A DNA stretch of 64,000 nt from the human T2T-CHM13v2.0 reference genome, Homo sapiens (GCF_009914755.1 NC_060930.1), one strand, 5' to 3'; counted from the first letter of the stretch, positions 1 through 13,225 are shown. Translations and numbers: made by a program. The notes: a model not told the origin generated them from the letters alone.

Positions 1-616
1 CAGATTCTCACACTCACACACCCATTAACACACTTACATAAACATTCACACAGTTACACATTCATATACACACACACATACACTCACACAGTCACATGCC
101 TCCAGTCACACACATTTACACACATTCATACGCCCACATACATTCATACACATGTATGTATTCACACATATGTATATTCACACATGCTTTCACACTCACA
201 CATGCATTCACACCCTCACACATTCATTCATGTGCTCACACACATTTGCACACTCACACATACATAGTCATGCACATTCACACGCAGACATTCACACACA
301 GATGCACACACAGACATTCATACACATTCACACACACATCCACGCACATTCACACACACACATGCACACACAGACATGCACAGACATTCACACACAGACA
401 TGCACACACAGTCATCCACACACATTCACACACACACATGCACACACAGACATGCACAGACATTCACACACAGACATGCACACACAGTCATGCACACACA
501 TTCACACACATTCATACACAGACATTCACACACAGAAATTCACACACAGACATTCCCACACAGTCATGCACACACATTCACACACAGGCATTCATACACA
601 GACATTCACACACACA
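1..616. repeat. CA-rich low-complexity/degenerate tandem repeat (cacacagacattca/cacacagacatgca variants)
   Basis: Directly visible reiteration of short CA-rich units; explains the His/Thr-rich ORFs 96..848, 152..700 and 376..645. Confidence 0.95.
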
Positions 617-1580
617 TGCTTCCTTCACCTGCACCATCTGTGTAGTATGGTGTTTAGACATCCTCCATCTTTTCTCGTTAAACATTTTAAAAACTCTTAG
701 CCAAAAGTGGCTGAAAGAAATATCATCTTTATTATTCTGTAAGTTTTTGTTTCACATAGGTTGTACATTAACCACTTGTCCTTTTCCTCTAAGTAACATA
801 CAGTCTATGTCCAAGGCTGGTTTTCCCCCAAAAATTCTGCTGCAATAATTGTGTCCTTGACTTGGGGTCACATTACAACATTAAATGCATGGAGTTATCA
901 ACCTGGCATTCCACTAATGCTCCAAGTTTTATGTTTAAATAGTCTTCATTAGTTGTATTTCCAGGGAGGTCTTCTTCCTCCAGTATGATCTTCTAAATGC
1001 TTACTGACCATTCAGTCTTGGAAATAATTTTTCTTTCTATTTCCCTGGAGCTTGAACTCATGTGTCTATCTCCAGTTGTTCTACATCATGCTTGTCTGAA
1101 GTGAACAGAGATGAGAAGGAAAATGTTTATACATTTCCTTCCCTAGATAGAGCCGAAGATTACAAAAGGCCTCCCAGCTCTGTTCCTTCACCACCCCCTC
1201 CTCCATGCTAAAACCATGCATGCTTCCCGGGTATCACTGTTCTCATGTGGGTGCAGCCATCTGGAGGGTAGCGTTTCAATATTCATGGTCACCATCATAG
1301 GGGGTTCCTCTCCAAAGAAAGCAATGACAAGTGGAACCTCATTGTAGGTGGATTTGAGGGAGACTTTACACTACTGTGAAGCTTTCTTCTGACAAGGAGG
1401 AGGTCAAGAGTGGGAAGGGAGGCCAAGGCCACAAGATTCCACTGGAAACCATCACTCTCTTCCTGCTGTCCTCTAATAATACAGGAGAGAATATGGCATC
1501 AGCAACTGCCAGCAGGATCCCTGGGAGATCTTTTCTCTCTTTATTGTTTACATGATATCACTTTAATATTCAGGAGGCTT

Positions 1581-2050
1581 TGATTTGCATTTCTCTAATT
1601 ACCAGTGATGATGAGCTTTTCTTCATGTTTGATGGCCGCATAAATGCCTTCTTTTGAGAAGTGTCTGTTCATATCTTTTGCCCACTTTTTGTTGGGGTTG
1701 TTTGTTTCTTCTTGTAAATTTGTTTAAGTACCTTGTAGATTCTGGATATTAGTCCTTTGTCAGATGGATAGATTGCAAAAATTTTCTCCCATTCTGTAGG
1801 TTGCCTGTTCACTCTGATGATAGTTTCTTTTGCTGTGCAGAAGCTCTTTAGTTTAATTAAATCCCATTTGTCAACTTTGGCTTTTGTTGCCATTGCTTTT
1901 GGTGTTTTAGTCATGAAGTCTTTGCCCACACCTTTGTCCTGAATGGTATTGCCTAGGTTTTCCTCTAGGGATTTTATGGTTTTAAGTCTTACATTTAAGT
2001 CTTTAATCCATCTTGAGTTAATTTTTGTATAAGGTGTAAGGAAGGGGTCC
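1581..2050 (-). mobile_element. Inverted 5' segment of a truncated L1PA7-like LINE-1 (ORF2 C-terminal part)
   Basis: ORF 1669..2079(-) reads [20 protein letters not shown]...[16 protein letters not shown], typical L1 ORF2p; follows left TSD attcaggaggctt (1568-1580). Confidence 0.93.
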
Positions 2051-2796
2051 ACGCCAGTTAGAATAAAGTCAGGAAACAACAGAGGCTGGAGAGGATGTGG
2101 AGAAATAGGAACACTTTTACACTGTTGGTGGGAGTGTAAATTAGTTCAACTGTGGTGAAAGACAGTGTGGCGATTCCTCAAGGATCTAGAACCAGAAATA
2201 CCATTTGACCCAGCAATCCCATTACTGGATATATACACAAGAATTATAAATCATTCTACTATAAAGACACATGCACACGTAAGTTTATTGCAGCACTATT
2301 TACAATAGCAAAGACTTGGAACCAACCCAACTGCCCATCAGCGATAGACTAGATAAAGAAAATGTGGCACATATACACTGTGGAATACTATGCAGCCATA
2401 AAAAAGAATGAGTTCATGTCCTTTGCAGGGACATGGATGAAGCCAGAAACCATCATTCTCAGCAAACTAACACAGGAACAGAAAACCAAGCACCACATGT
2501 TCTCACTCAGAAGTGGGAGTTGAACAATGAGAACAAATGGATACAGGGAGAAGAACATCACACACCAGGGCCTGTTGGGAGGTTGGGGGCTAGGGGAGGG
2601 ATAGCATTGGGAGAAATACCTAATGTAGATGATGGGTTGATGGGTGCAGCAAACCACCATGACACATGTATACCTATGTAACAAACCTGCACGTTCTGCA
2701 CATGTATCCCAGAACTTAAAATATAATAATAAAAAAAAGAAAAAAAAAAGGAAAATATTTTCCAAAATAAAAAAATGTTTAAGAAGAGGAAAAAAA
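2051..2796 (+). mobile_element. L1PA7-like 3' end (ORF2 end, 3' UTR, poly-A) plus short extra tail
   Basis: L1PA 3' UTR motifs (aaacctgcacgttctgcacatgtatcccagaacttaaa); A-tail 2731-2749; right TSD attcaggaggctt at 2797-2809. Confidence 0.93.
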
Positions 2797-4777
2797 ATTC
2801 AGGAGGCTTCAGTCAGATGTGGACTTACTGGGACCAAATATATAAGACATGTTTTATATCTGATAGAAATGTTTTAGGGAAGACATAGTGCAACGTTCCT
2901 TGGTTCAGAAATGGCATCCCTCTTCTTGTCCTGCCCAGAAGAGTCAATATGCCTATAACATATCAGAAGGGATTTTGCTTTCCATTAAAAAAGTAGATTC
3001 ATGGTCTTTCCCTTTATAGAATTATAGTTACCAATGAACAAGTTCCTATCCCCAAACTATTAGATAGCAACGGTCACCATGGTAACTAAGTTGAGTGCTA
3101 TGAATTATTTCTTACAACATTATTTTTGGAGCTTTACCTAAGGTTATAGATAGTTTCACTTAACTGGGTAAATACTAAATTTAGAATATACCTGTGAATT
3201 ATAAATAGTATGAGCAAAAAGCATAATAATATTAGTAGATTAAAATTCTGAGACTTTTTTATATTAGGGGAATTGGAATAATAACTTTAAATGTTTGTAA
3301 GATGCAAGTGTAAGTGTGAGATGCAAGTGTAAAGTGTAAGATGCAATATCACAATTCACATTTTTACAACATAATTAAAAATTGACATTATGACACAGAA
3401 ATGAGATATTAAATTATAACAACAGTTTTTAAAAGTCATGTATGTGAATAAGAAAATTATTTTAAACTTAATTTTTAATGTTTCTTCACTAAGTAAAAAA
3501 ACACACCAATGTAGCTGTCTTGATAATGAATTCTTTTTTGAATAAAGTAATAATGAGAAACATTTTAACAAATAAAATCTATTTTACTTTTTTAGAGTGT
3601 TTGATGCTGTTACAAATATTGAATAGACTGAATCTTTTTCTCATCTGTGCCTGCCTATCTCTGTGTATAATGAGATTGTTACTTGGATTCAAAGAGTGAC
3701 ATCAGCAAGATGGCCAACTAGAGCCACCTGATGCTCATTCCCCCAACAAAAGGAGACCAAAACAACAGATGGTTACCCATGTTATACATTAAGCTTTTAA
3801 AAAATAGTACTAGGGAAATTTGAGATTGTTCTAGGCCTTTGAGTTTGGAAATAGAGCTGACACATAAGGGACAAATTTAAAAATCCTCTGATTTCCCCAA
3901 TATGTTGTTTCTAGCGGTAGTTTACCGTGATTTGTAGTATGTTAAGATGAATGTATATGCATAAGCCCCATGTTATTCTAAATCTGAATGGAGTGAATAA
4001 CTATGGTGACAAGTTTAAAGATGTCTTGCTTTTCTTAGTTTATCTTCTAGAAATATTATTGCTATTATAGAATGGCTCTTTGTATGTAATAATACAATTT
4101 CAGTACTACTTAAATTTTTATTCACTAAATATTACCTTTTCTGTAATATGTATTGTAATTGCATACAAAGGAGGAATCTCATGGTGTTTCAATACAGTCT
4201 AAATGCCTTCCTTGCCTTTAAAAAGCTTCTCAGTTTATATGATGGTCCTCAAAAATTAACCCCCCATGTAATTCTCTATCAAATCACAAGAACAATATCA
4301 AGCTTCATGTAAAATATATTATAAAATCCATACTTTATTGCCAATTGTGCACGAAGAGACATAGCCCACTTTAACCTTCATTAACAGTCTATAGTTCTCT
4401 GTTCTATAGAAATCGTCCTTTAATGAAGGGAAAAAATAGCACAAAAGGTAACACAGTAAAACTATCCATGTAACTCCCCTTCTTGCTCAAGAAATTCAGT
4501 TTTAAAAGTTAATTATCTATTGGGCAAAAAGTAACATTGCCACCATGTGATTTTTGGCCCAGTTGGCCTGGTATTCATGACTCTGTCTAGACACCCAGAC
4601 TCTTATGTTTAGGAATCATTGAGGGGGGCAGGGGACAGTTGGTGCTAAAACTGATCTATTCTGTTCATCTACACTGATATAGATGTACCATATACAGATT
4701 TTTAAATCAATCCAATGTAGGACATAAGAAGTTAATCTAGCAAAGGTTTTACTCAGTGGTTAGGGTAAATAGGAGGC

Positions 4778-4900
4778 TTCATTCATTAATTCATTCCTTC
4801 AACAAGTATTTATTGAACACCTGCTGTGGGCCAGGCCCCGAGCTGGCCGTGCAGATAGGACAGTGAGTAAGACAGAGAGCAGGTTTCAGTCTTCCAGGAG
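4778..4900 (-). mobile_element. L2 3'-end fragment
   Basis: ttcattcattaattcattccttcaacaagtatttattgaacacctgctgtg resembles the L2 3' terminus in reverse. Confidence 0.65.
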
Positions 4901-6697
4901 ATGAGGCTGACTGTGGGTGCCCAAGCAGCCTTCCAGGGCTGTCCAGTGAATTCAAGAGGGCAGGGAACGTGAGGGAGTTACTCCTTCTTCAAGGAGAAGT
5001 AGCTGGTATATCTATAAGGATTTCCTGATATATCTACAAAACACCTCTCTCAAAAAGCATCTGTGAGAATGTGTGAGGGGATATATTTTTTAGGTACTTA
5101 GCAGAGCACCTGGCATGTGGTAAGTACCGGGCAGTCTCCTTTTACTTCTGTGTCGAGGTCAAACCACACCTTGGAACCAGAGAGAGGCTGAGCACAGGGG
5201 AGAAAACAGACATGTAAATGGGGGTCCTCCAACACCCCCTTCTGTGGAAATGAATTTCAGCCAGCAGGCCTGTACTGGAAAGAGGAAAGGTCTGATCTTC
5301 TGCCCTTTAGTTGCAGCTCGGTTTGTTGTCCCTGTATAAAATGTAGCAACGGTAAGAAATGTCGGATTTCAATACAGTATGGCAAACATTTATTTAACAT
5401 CTGTCACATAAAAGACTGTTGCTTACTTGGGAATTTGTGGATGATGTTGCCAGGCCCCTCACTGGAATCTACATGAGAGAATGATCACTTACGTGGCATT
5501 GGTTTTTGATAGATTCACTTAGGACCTTTGTTAGATGTATTGCAACTCTAGCATGTATTTCTGCTTATTATAGAAAGAGCAAAGGAACAACAACAACAAA
5601 ACAGGGCCTATCACAAAATATACTGCAGAAGAATGAGTTCCTTGTAGTGTTTTGAATATCTGAGGTAGATGGTGGCATGCAGTCAAGGTTCTGTGTATTT
5701 GTGAACAAAAATAGAAAAATATAACGCTTCATATCTTTCAGGCAACACTAAGTTATATATAGTAAGATCAGCCATGACTATTAAACAAGAATGCTTTAGA
5801 AAAGATAAAATGAAAATTTATATTCCTTTTAGAATAAAACATATCTTAAATTTCTATAAACTGTTGTGCCTCATACGTATTACAAAAATAAGCAGTAAAA
5901 AATAAATTGCACCTACCTGAAATCATCTTCCGAGATACCCTAAAACTACACATCGCTTTCATCTGACTGTGGCTGCACGTGGGCAAGGCTACATTGCACA
6001 CCAGCCAGATCCACCTTGTGTAGCAAAGCATGCGCCAGGGGTGCATCGTTCAGGGCGTGGCAGCTGCACTGCATTAGATGTGCTGGATGTGTGCACAGAG
6101 CCACGCTCTGTCTGTACATTTACATCTACAGAAAGACACAGATCGTCACGATCTTCTGTAGATGTGCATGTCATTGTCCTGGTCTTGGTAGTTGCTAACA
6201 GTGATGCTGGCAATGGTATCAGGGAATAAAACTGGACTGAATGAGCCTGTGTATGGACCACAGGCTCAGCCAGCCTCAGTGCATATACTTCATTCTTTGG
6301 ATTTTGCCTATTGGAAGTGTTTATAAACTTTAAACGACCTGGCAGTTTTGGCTGAGAGCCTTACTCCAGGGGCTGCCTGATGGTTGTCTTCAAAATGAGC
6401 AAACTTTCAATGATGACTGCTCCTTAATGAACCTGTTTTCCTTTGGGGCTGTAAATGAGGCCTAGCTTTCATGTCTAAGTCCTACATGCACCCACGCAAA
6501 AGGTAGATGTTTATTTTTTTAAAACTGTATTAATGTCCCCAATCCGGTGGGAAATTTAAATTAGAAGGGCAGAGAGATGAGTGTCAATGCTCCAGCAACT
6601 ACATGTGAATAAGGTATTAAAGTGTGTTTCCAATCATCATGTTCAAGAGATTTGCAAAGAGGTGCACTTGTGGATGTTCACATGGCTGAAGAAACAC

Positions 6698-7598
6698 AGG
6701 GAGCACTCTTCACCAAACTGGAGACCCGGGGGCACTCTCCACCAAGACCAGAGACCCAGGGGTGCTCTCCACCAAGACCAGAGACCTGGGGGAATTCTTC
6801 ACCAAGACCAGAGACCCAGGGACACTCTCCAACAATACCAGAGACTGGGGGTGGGGGGGTGCACTCTCCACCAAGACCAGAGACAGTGGGGTGCTCTCCA
6901 CAAAGAACAGAGATCCGGGAGGCTCTCCCCACCAAGGTTAGAGACCCTGGGGTGCTTTCCACCAAGACCAGAGACTGGGGCAGGGTGCGCTCTCCACCAA
7001 GACCAGAGACCAGGGGGCGCTCTCCACCAAGAACAGAGATCTGAGGCCTCTCTCCACCAAGATCGGAGACCACAGGGTCCTCTCCACCAAGACCAGAGAT
7101 GGGTGGGGGGGGGCACTCTTCCACTAAGGACAGAGACCCTGGGGCACTCTCCACCAAGAACAGAGACCAAGGGGTGATCTCTACCAAGACCAGAGACCCG
7201 GGGGCGCTCTCCACCAAGACCAGAGACTCGGGGTGGGGGGGCGCACTCTCCACCAAGAACAGAGACCAAGGGGTGATCTCTACCAAGACCAGAGACCCGG
7301 GGGCGCTCTCCACCAAGACCAGAGACTGGGGGTGGGGGGGCGCACTCTCCACCAAGACCAGAGACAGTGGGGTGCTTTCCACCAAGAATACAGATCCAGG
7401 GGGCTCTCTCCACCAAGGTTGGAGACCCTGGGGTGCTCTCCACCAAGACCAGAGACCCGGGGGCCCTCTCCACCATGACCAGAGACCCGGAGGCACTGTC
7501 CACCAATACCAGAGACCTGGGGCACCGTCCACCAAGATCAGTGACCCAAGGGTGCTCTCCACCAAGAACAGAGACCCAGGGGCTCTCTCTACCAAGAC
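6698..7598. repeat. GC-rich minisatellite (VNTR), ~30-bp unit ctctccaccaagaccagagacccaggggg(c/t)g with G-rich 36-39-bp variants
   Basis: Directly visible tandem array; source of the overlapping ORFs at 6581-7686. Confidence 0.97.
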
Positions 7599-8324
7599 TA
7601 TAGATGGATGGAGTCAGTGGCAAGTCTGTGGTAAATTCTTGGATGTAAGAATTACAAAATGCCTTGGACATGTGGGAAAATTATAAGAGGAAGAGTGTGT
7701 AGACCTCAGGGGCTCTTTACATTTGTCACCTTGAGTGAACAAAGCTCACCTCCTGGGTATGGACCCTGAGGAGTAGGCAAGCTGGGTTCTGATGAGACTC
7801 GACTCTGAACATCACACCTGGAGAAAACCATTCTCTGCATCCAGGGCCTTGTCCAGGTCATTTCTATGCATCCCCCAACTCCATCCCACCAACATGTCTT
7901 TGGATTTCAAACTAACCCGACTGTCCAGGAAGCCTTTTCTGACCTTCGTGAATTATTTCCATTGTGCTCACTCGCGTCTTCCCCACTTTAGCAGGCTTAC
8001 CCTGAAGTGTTATTTCCCAAACCTTCAGAAACCCTGACTAGATCATTTTGAAGATGGGGCATTAGCATTTGTGTGAATGCTTAGCAAACAATGGAAACCC
8101 TCAGCCAGGCTTGAGCTGTGCTCTCTGCGCTCTGACCCTCACTGGCAGGGGCACCTCGAGTTCCACTCCCTGTTGCATCATCAGCCTTGGAGCAGTGTCT
8201 GACAATATGTATTCAGTTATTATTTACTAAATGAAACTAATTTTTAAATGATTAAAAATCAGAATTAAAGTCTATGTTTCATTCTGTCACTACCAGGTTT
8301 TTTTTTTTAGCTGACTACCAATTT

Positions 8325-8640
8325 GTTAGATTTTTTTAAAAATGTGATTTCACATAATTATAAAGGCATATTTACTGATGTTACGTAAACTGTCTGGCAC
8401 ATGAAATATCCAGGAAAGAGTTTTCCTTTCAGCTCTCATGACACAGCTTGTTGGGGCCCGCTGCCTATTTAGCTGGCCTCTAATTAATTTATTAGATTTT
8501 TAAAGTGTGATTTCACATAATTACAAAGACATATTTGCTGATGACGTACCAAATATCTGGTACATTACAAATGTCCAATAAATGTAAGTTCCCCTTTCAT
8601 TCCTCTCATGGCATGGATCATTCAGTCTGCTTATTTACAT
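8325..8640. repeat. Diverged two-copy tandem duplication, ~165-bp unit
   Basis: ttagatttt..aaa.tgtgatttcacataatta.aaag.catattt..ctgatg..acgta occurs at ~8326 and ~8492, each followed by cctttca..ctctcatg. Confidence 0.85.
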
Positions 8641-8822
8641 AGTGTTCACAATGTTAACAAGTTTAGACAGTGGTTTTATATTTATTACCCTCTTTTTAAT
8701 CACATCTTTAATTTTATCGGTTTTTAAAATATTTTCCAGTCTCAGGGCAAGTCCAGTACATATGATTTATATTCAGCAGGAGCAAACATCAAGTGGTTCA
8801 GAAGGCATCAAACGATTTTTCA

Positions 8823-8828
<6 letters not shown>

Positions 8829-8868
<40 letters not shown>

Positions 8869-8870
8869 AT
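8829..8870. repeat. (TG)n microsatellite
   Basis: Direct observation. Confidence 0.95.
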
Positions 8871-8887
8871 ATCTGCATACACACATA

Positions 8888-9547
8888 CAGTTGACTCTTG
8901 AACAATGCAGGGGTTAGGGGCACACAGTCAGAAATCCACATTCCACATAGAACTTTTGAGTCCCCCAAAATTTAACTACTAATACCCTACTGTTGCCTGA
9001 AAGTTTCACCAATAACATAGGCAGGTGATTGACACATAGACTGCTCTCTACATATATGCATTCATAACATATTTAACTTTTGTTTTGTTTCGTTATTTTG
9101 AGACAGGGTCTCACTCTGTCACCCAAGCTGGAGTGTAATGTGCAATCGTAGCTTACCGAAGCCTTGACCTCCTGGGCTCAAGCGATCCTCCCACCTCAAC
9201 CTCCCGCCTAAGTCCCCCAAGTAGCTGAGACTACGGGCCTGCCACCACACCTGGCTAATTTTTGTAGAGATGGTGTTTCACCACGTTGCCCAGACTGTCC
9301 TTGAAATCCTGGGCTCAAGTGATCTGCCTGCCTTGGCCTCCCAAAGTGCTGGGATGACAGGAGTGAGCCATTGCACCCTGCACTTTTTGTTATTTTTTTC
9401 CCCAATATTTCTAGGCTAGAAGGTTCATCTATAAGTTTTTTCAAACTGTAACAAATCACCAAGAAATTTTCCAGTATGTTTATTGAAAAAAATCCTTGTA
9501 TAAGTGGACCAGGGCAGTTCAAATTTGTGTTGTTCAAGGGTCCACTG
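8888..9547. mobile_element. Tigger2-family non-autonomous DNA transposon, interrupted by an AluJ
   Basis: Terminal inverted repeats cagttgactcttgaacaa ... ttgttcaagggtccactg; TA precedes the left end. Confidence 0.85.
9078..9382 (-). mobile_element. AluJ
   Basis: gagacagggtctcactctgtcaccc...cctgggctcaagcgatcctccc, J-type motifs. Confidence 0.92.
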
Positions 9548-9609
9548 TCTGCATAAAAATACATATATACATGCACACAAGTGTAAATGATAGATATAGA
9601 CAGTAAATT

Positions 9610-9735
9610 ACAAAGCAAATTGGGTAAAATGTTAACAGTAGGTAAATCTGGGTAAAGGGTGAATGGGATATGGATATTATCTCAACTATTTTTGTAAATA
9701 TGAAATTATTTCCTAACAAATTTTTTTAAAAAAAT
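9610..9735 (+). mobile_element. Old L1M 3'-end fragment
   Basis: ggtaaaatgttaacagtaggtaaatctgggtaaaggg...tttttgtaaatatgaaattatttc resembles the L1MC/ME 3' end. Confidence 0.55.
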
Positions 9736-10206
9736 TAAGCAACTTATGACTACTTCATGAATTTTAGTTACAAGCAGTATGTGGAGTAAATGCTTTGTAC
9801 TAAATTTGAACACAATGGTGTTTATGGTGAACCTGAAATATAAAATAACAGTGTTAACATGTCACCGTCTCTTCTGTGGAGTGATACATGTATGCCTGTG
9901 TATGGTGGTTGGCATTTATGTGTATTTTCCCAGCTCCCCAATGATAAACCTAAAAACCTCTAAACCTAAAAGTCTCAGCGCTAAAAATCCAGCAAGGTCA
10001 AACAAAGATTTCAGGGGCCCAAGCTCATCTATTAGCATAATATGAACCCAGCCCGTGTAACGTACTGAAATTGTGCCATGCCACTTACACTTAAACAGAC
10101 AGAAGTTCTCTGCTCTGGGTCTCTCAATATACATTTTTTCAGCACCCTGCTTCACTTTAGAGGTGAAGTTGTGGGCTCAATGTTACCCACATCACTTGCC
10201 CATTAA

Positions 10207-10713
<507 letters not shown>

Positions 10714-10882
10714 TAAATAAGGTGTCTTTGAACAGAAACATGTATAAAACTGAATTATGTATTGATCGTTGATGAAAATGTGATCAGAGGTTTTTGGGAA
10801 CCAACCCTGTATTTCCTTGAGGAGCAGTATTGGCTAATTCAGTGTTCCTGGTGACTTTACCACAAATAATGAGAGTTGACTT
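10714..10882. mobile_element. MER44/Tigger7-like terminal fragment
   Basis: taaataaggtgtctttgaacagaaaca...ccctgtatttcc...taattcagtgttc...aataatgagagttgact resembles the recalled MER44 end. Confidence 0.7.
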
Positions 10883-10959
10883 GCATGTGTGTGTGTGTGC
10901 GTGCACACGTGCATGTGTGTGTGTGTGTGTGTATATATATAAAATAATTATTACTGTTT

Positions 10960-11198
10960 GCTGAATCATTTGAGAGCAACTTGCAGACATTATGATCCTT
11001 CATCCCTGTCTTAGAGTGCATTTCCTAAAACCAAGGACATTCTTTTACATAAAGTTACTTTATCAAATTCTGAAAATTTAATATTGTTACAATATTGTTA
11101 TTTGGTGGTCATTCTAAATTCAAATTTTTCCAATTTTTCATTAGTTGTAAGTTCTTTCTGATGCAGAATCTAGTCCAGATCACACATTACATTTATTT
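10960..11198 (-). mobile_element. Old L1M fragment
   Basis: ctgaatcatttgagagcaacttgcagacatt...cctaaaaccaaggacattct. Confidence 0.55.
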
Positions 11199-11363
11199 GC
11201 CTCCTGAGTAGCTGGGATTATCATGCCCAACTAATTTTTGTATTTTTAGTAAAGATGGGGTTTCGCCATTTTGTGCAGGCTGATCTTGAACTCCTGACCT
11301 CATGATCTACCCGCCTTGGCCTCCCAAAATGCTGTGATTACAGGCATGAGCCATTGCCCCCGG
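11199..11363 (-). mobile_element. Partial AluS (3' part and tail missing)
   Basis: cctcctgagtagctgggatta...gacctcatgatc...acaggcatgagcca. Confidence 0.9.
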
Positions 11364-11993
11364 GCTTGCAAGCTCTTTTTTAACTTCTCTTCCTGGACAA
11401 GTCTCTGTTGTGGCTCTCCTTCAGTGTCTCTGGCCAGTCATTCTCAGACTGGGAAAGCCAGGTCCTTCTCCTCCTTGGCCTTCTCATCATCCATCTCCTT
11501 CCTCCTGGGCCACTCTTCTGTCCTCATTTATTCCGGGTTTTTCCTTTTCAAAAACCTGTTTCATTCTTATGTATCCTGTGGACTTGATGAAATCTTACAT
11601 GACTTCATACAATCACATGGCACGCGTCTCCTGGAAAGTTCAGAGATCTGTCTGTTCATTAACCCCCTCCAGTGGGACTCTCATTGATGTGGCAGCAGCA
11701 ACATGAGGAATAGAATCAGAAAACATTTCCTGTAGCCATTTGGCTCATTGGAGTGAAGGAATTTTTTTTACAGTTTTCAAGTTATGCTGTTTTCTAAAGT
11801 TTTGACCATTTATTTTTATGTCACAGAGATGAAATTGATTTTGAGGTCTTATTTTTGTTACACAAATCTAGAGGAGAGTGTGTCAGTATCTCTTCTAAGT
11901 ATTAGACACATTCATTTGCTTTTTCCTGGAGGAAAACATGCAGGAACAAGAACCCAAAATTCTAGATATCATTAATTTTTTAAATTTAAATAA

Positions 11994-12395
<402 letters not shown>

Positions 12396-13022
12396 CCCAG
12401 TTATGTTTGAATGGTTGCTTTCCATCTTGTGGGTGTGTTCTTTAGCAATGACCAGGCTGAAGCAAGTTCCTCCCAGATAGTTCCATCTTTGCAAATTAAG
12501 AGAAAGACAGCTAGTGTGGATAATGGAAGGGTGACTTCCAATGTATTCTCTGGAATTTTAGTGAAAAAATTAATAGTGGGTACAGCTCTGCACAGATGGG
12601 CTCCCTTGGTTCATGTGACCACAGATGTTTTGGTATCGTATTGCATGTGATTTCTGTAGCTGTTAAGGTATTCCCATAGTAATACTTATGTGGACACGTT
12701 CTTGTAAAACTTCCCACCAAAATTCAGAGTGAAAAAACTAACATATCAGGGTGAAATTATCTCAGGATGCAATATGAAGTCTTAAGAAGTATAACTATTC
12801 ATTTCTTGTCTAAATTGAACTTGAATCTTGAGATAATCCCAGAAAGTTTTGACCTCGCCCTGCCTCCGTCCTTAAATACATTCCCTTGAGTTAGGTTGAG
12901 CCATCAGACTGGTTTGCAGAGTGCCCAGTCCCAAAGGCTGGGCAAGAGACCGGTCTTTGGTCTTCATGACTCAGCATCCAGTCTCTGAGGGTGGGTGAGG
13001 CTCAGTCCTCAGTCTTGGTGAC

Positions 13023-13225
13023 TGTCTTTGTCTGCTTGTGCTGCTATAACAAAATACTGGGTAATTTATAAACAATGAACATTTATTTCTCCCGGTTCTG
13101 GGGGTGGTAAGTCCAAGATCAAGTTCCCAGCAGGTTCAGTGTGTGGTGAGGGCTACTCTCCGCTTCCAAAGATGGTGCCTTGTTGCAGCAGCCTCAGGAG
13201 GAGATGAACGTCGTGTCCTCATATG
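13023..13225 (-). mobile_element. MaLR LTR fragment (MSTC/MSTD-like)
   Basis: tgtc...tgctgctataacaaaatac..gggtaatttataaacaa...aagtccaagatcaag...aagatggtgccttgttgc. Confidence 0.8.

Noticed and set aside
96-848. 250-aa and 182-aa His/Thr-rich ORFs
   Set aside because: Translation artefacts of the CA-rich repeat
3700-3770. gacatcagcaagatggccaactag, similar to an old L1 5' end
   Set aside because: Only ~70 bp; too short to call confidently
6698-7598. Array of ~30-bp repeats as a CRISPR-like array
   Set aside because: No unique spacers, no cas genes, primate context
6581-7686. Several 140-305-aa ORFs on both strands
   Set aside because: Produced by a stop-poor 30-bp minisatellite; no domain or gene structure
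11316-11706. 123-aa and 98-aa ORFs
   Set aside because: The first begins within an Alu; no recognisable protein or splice structure in either
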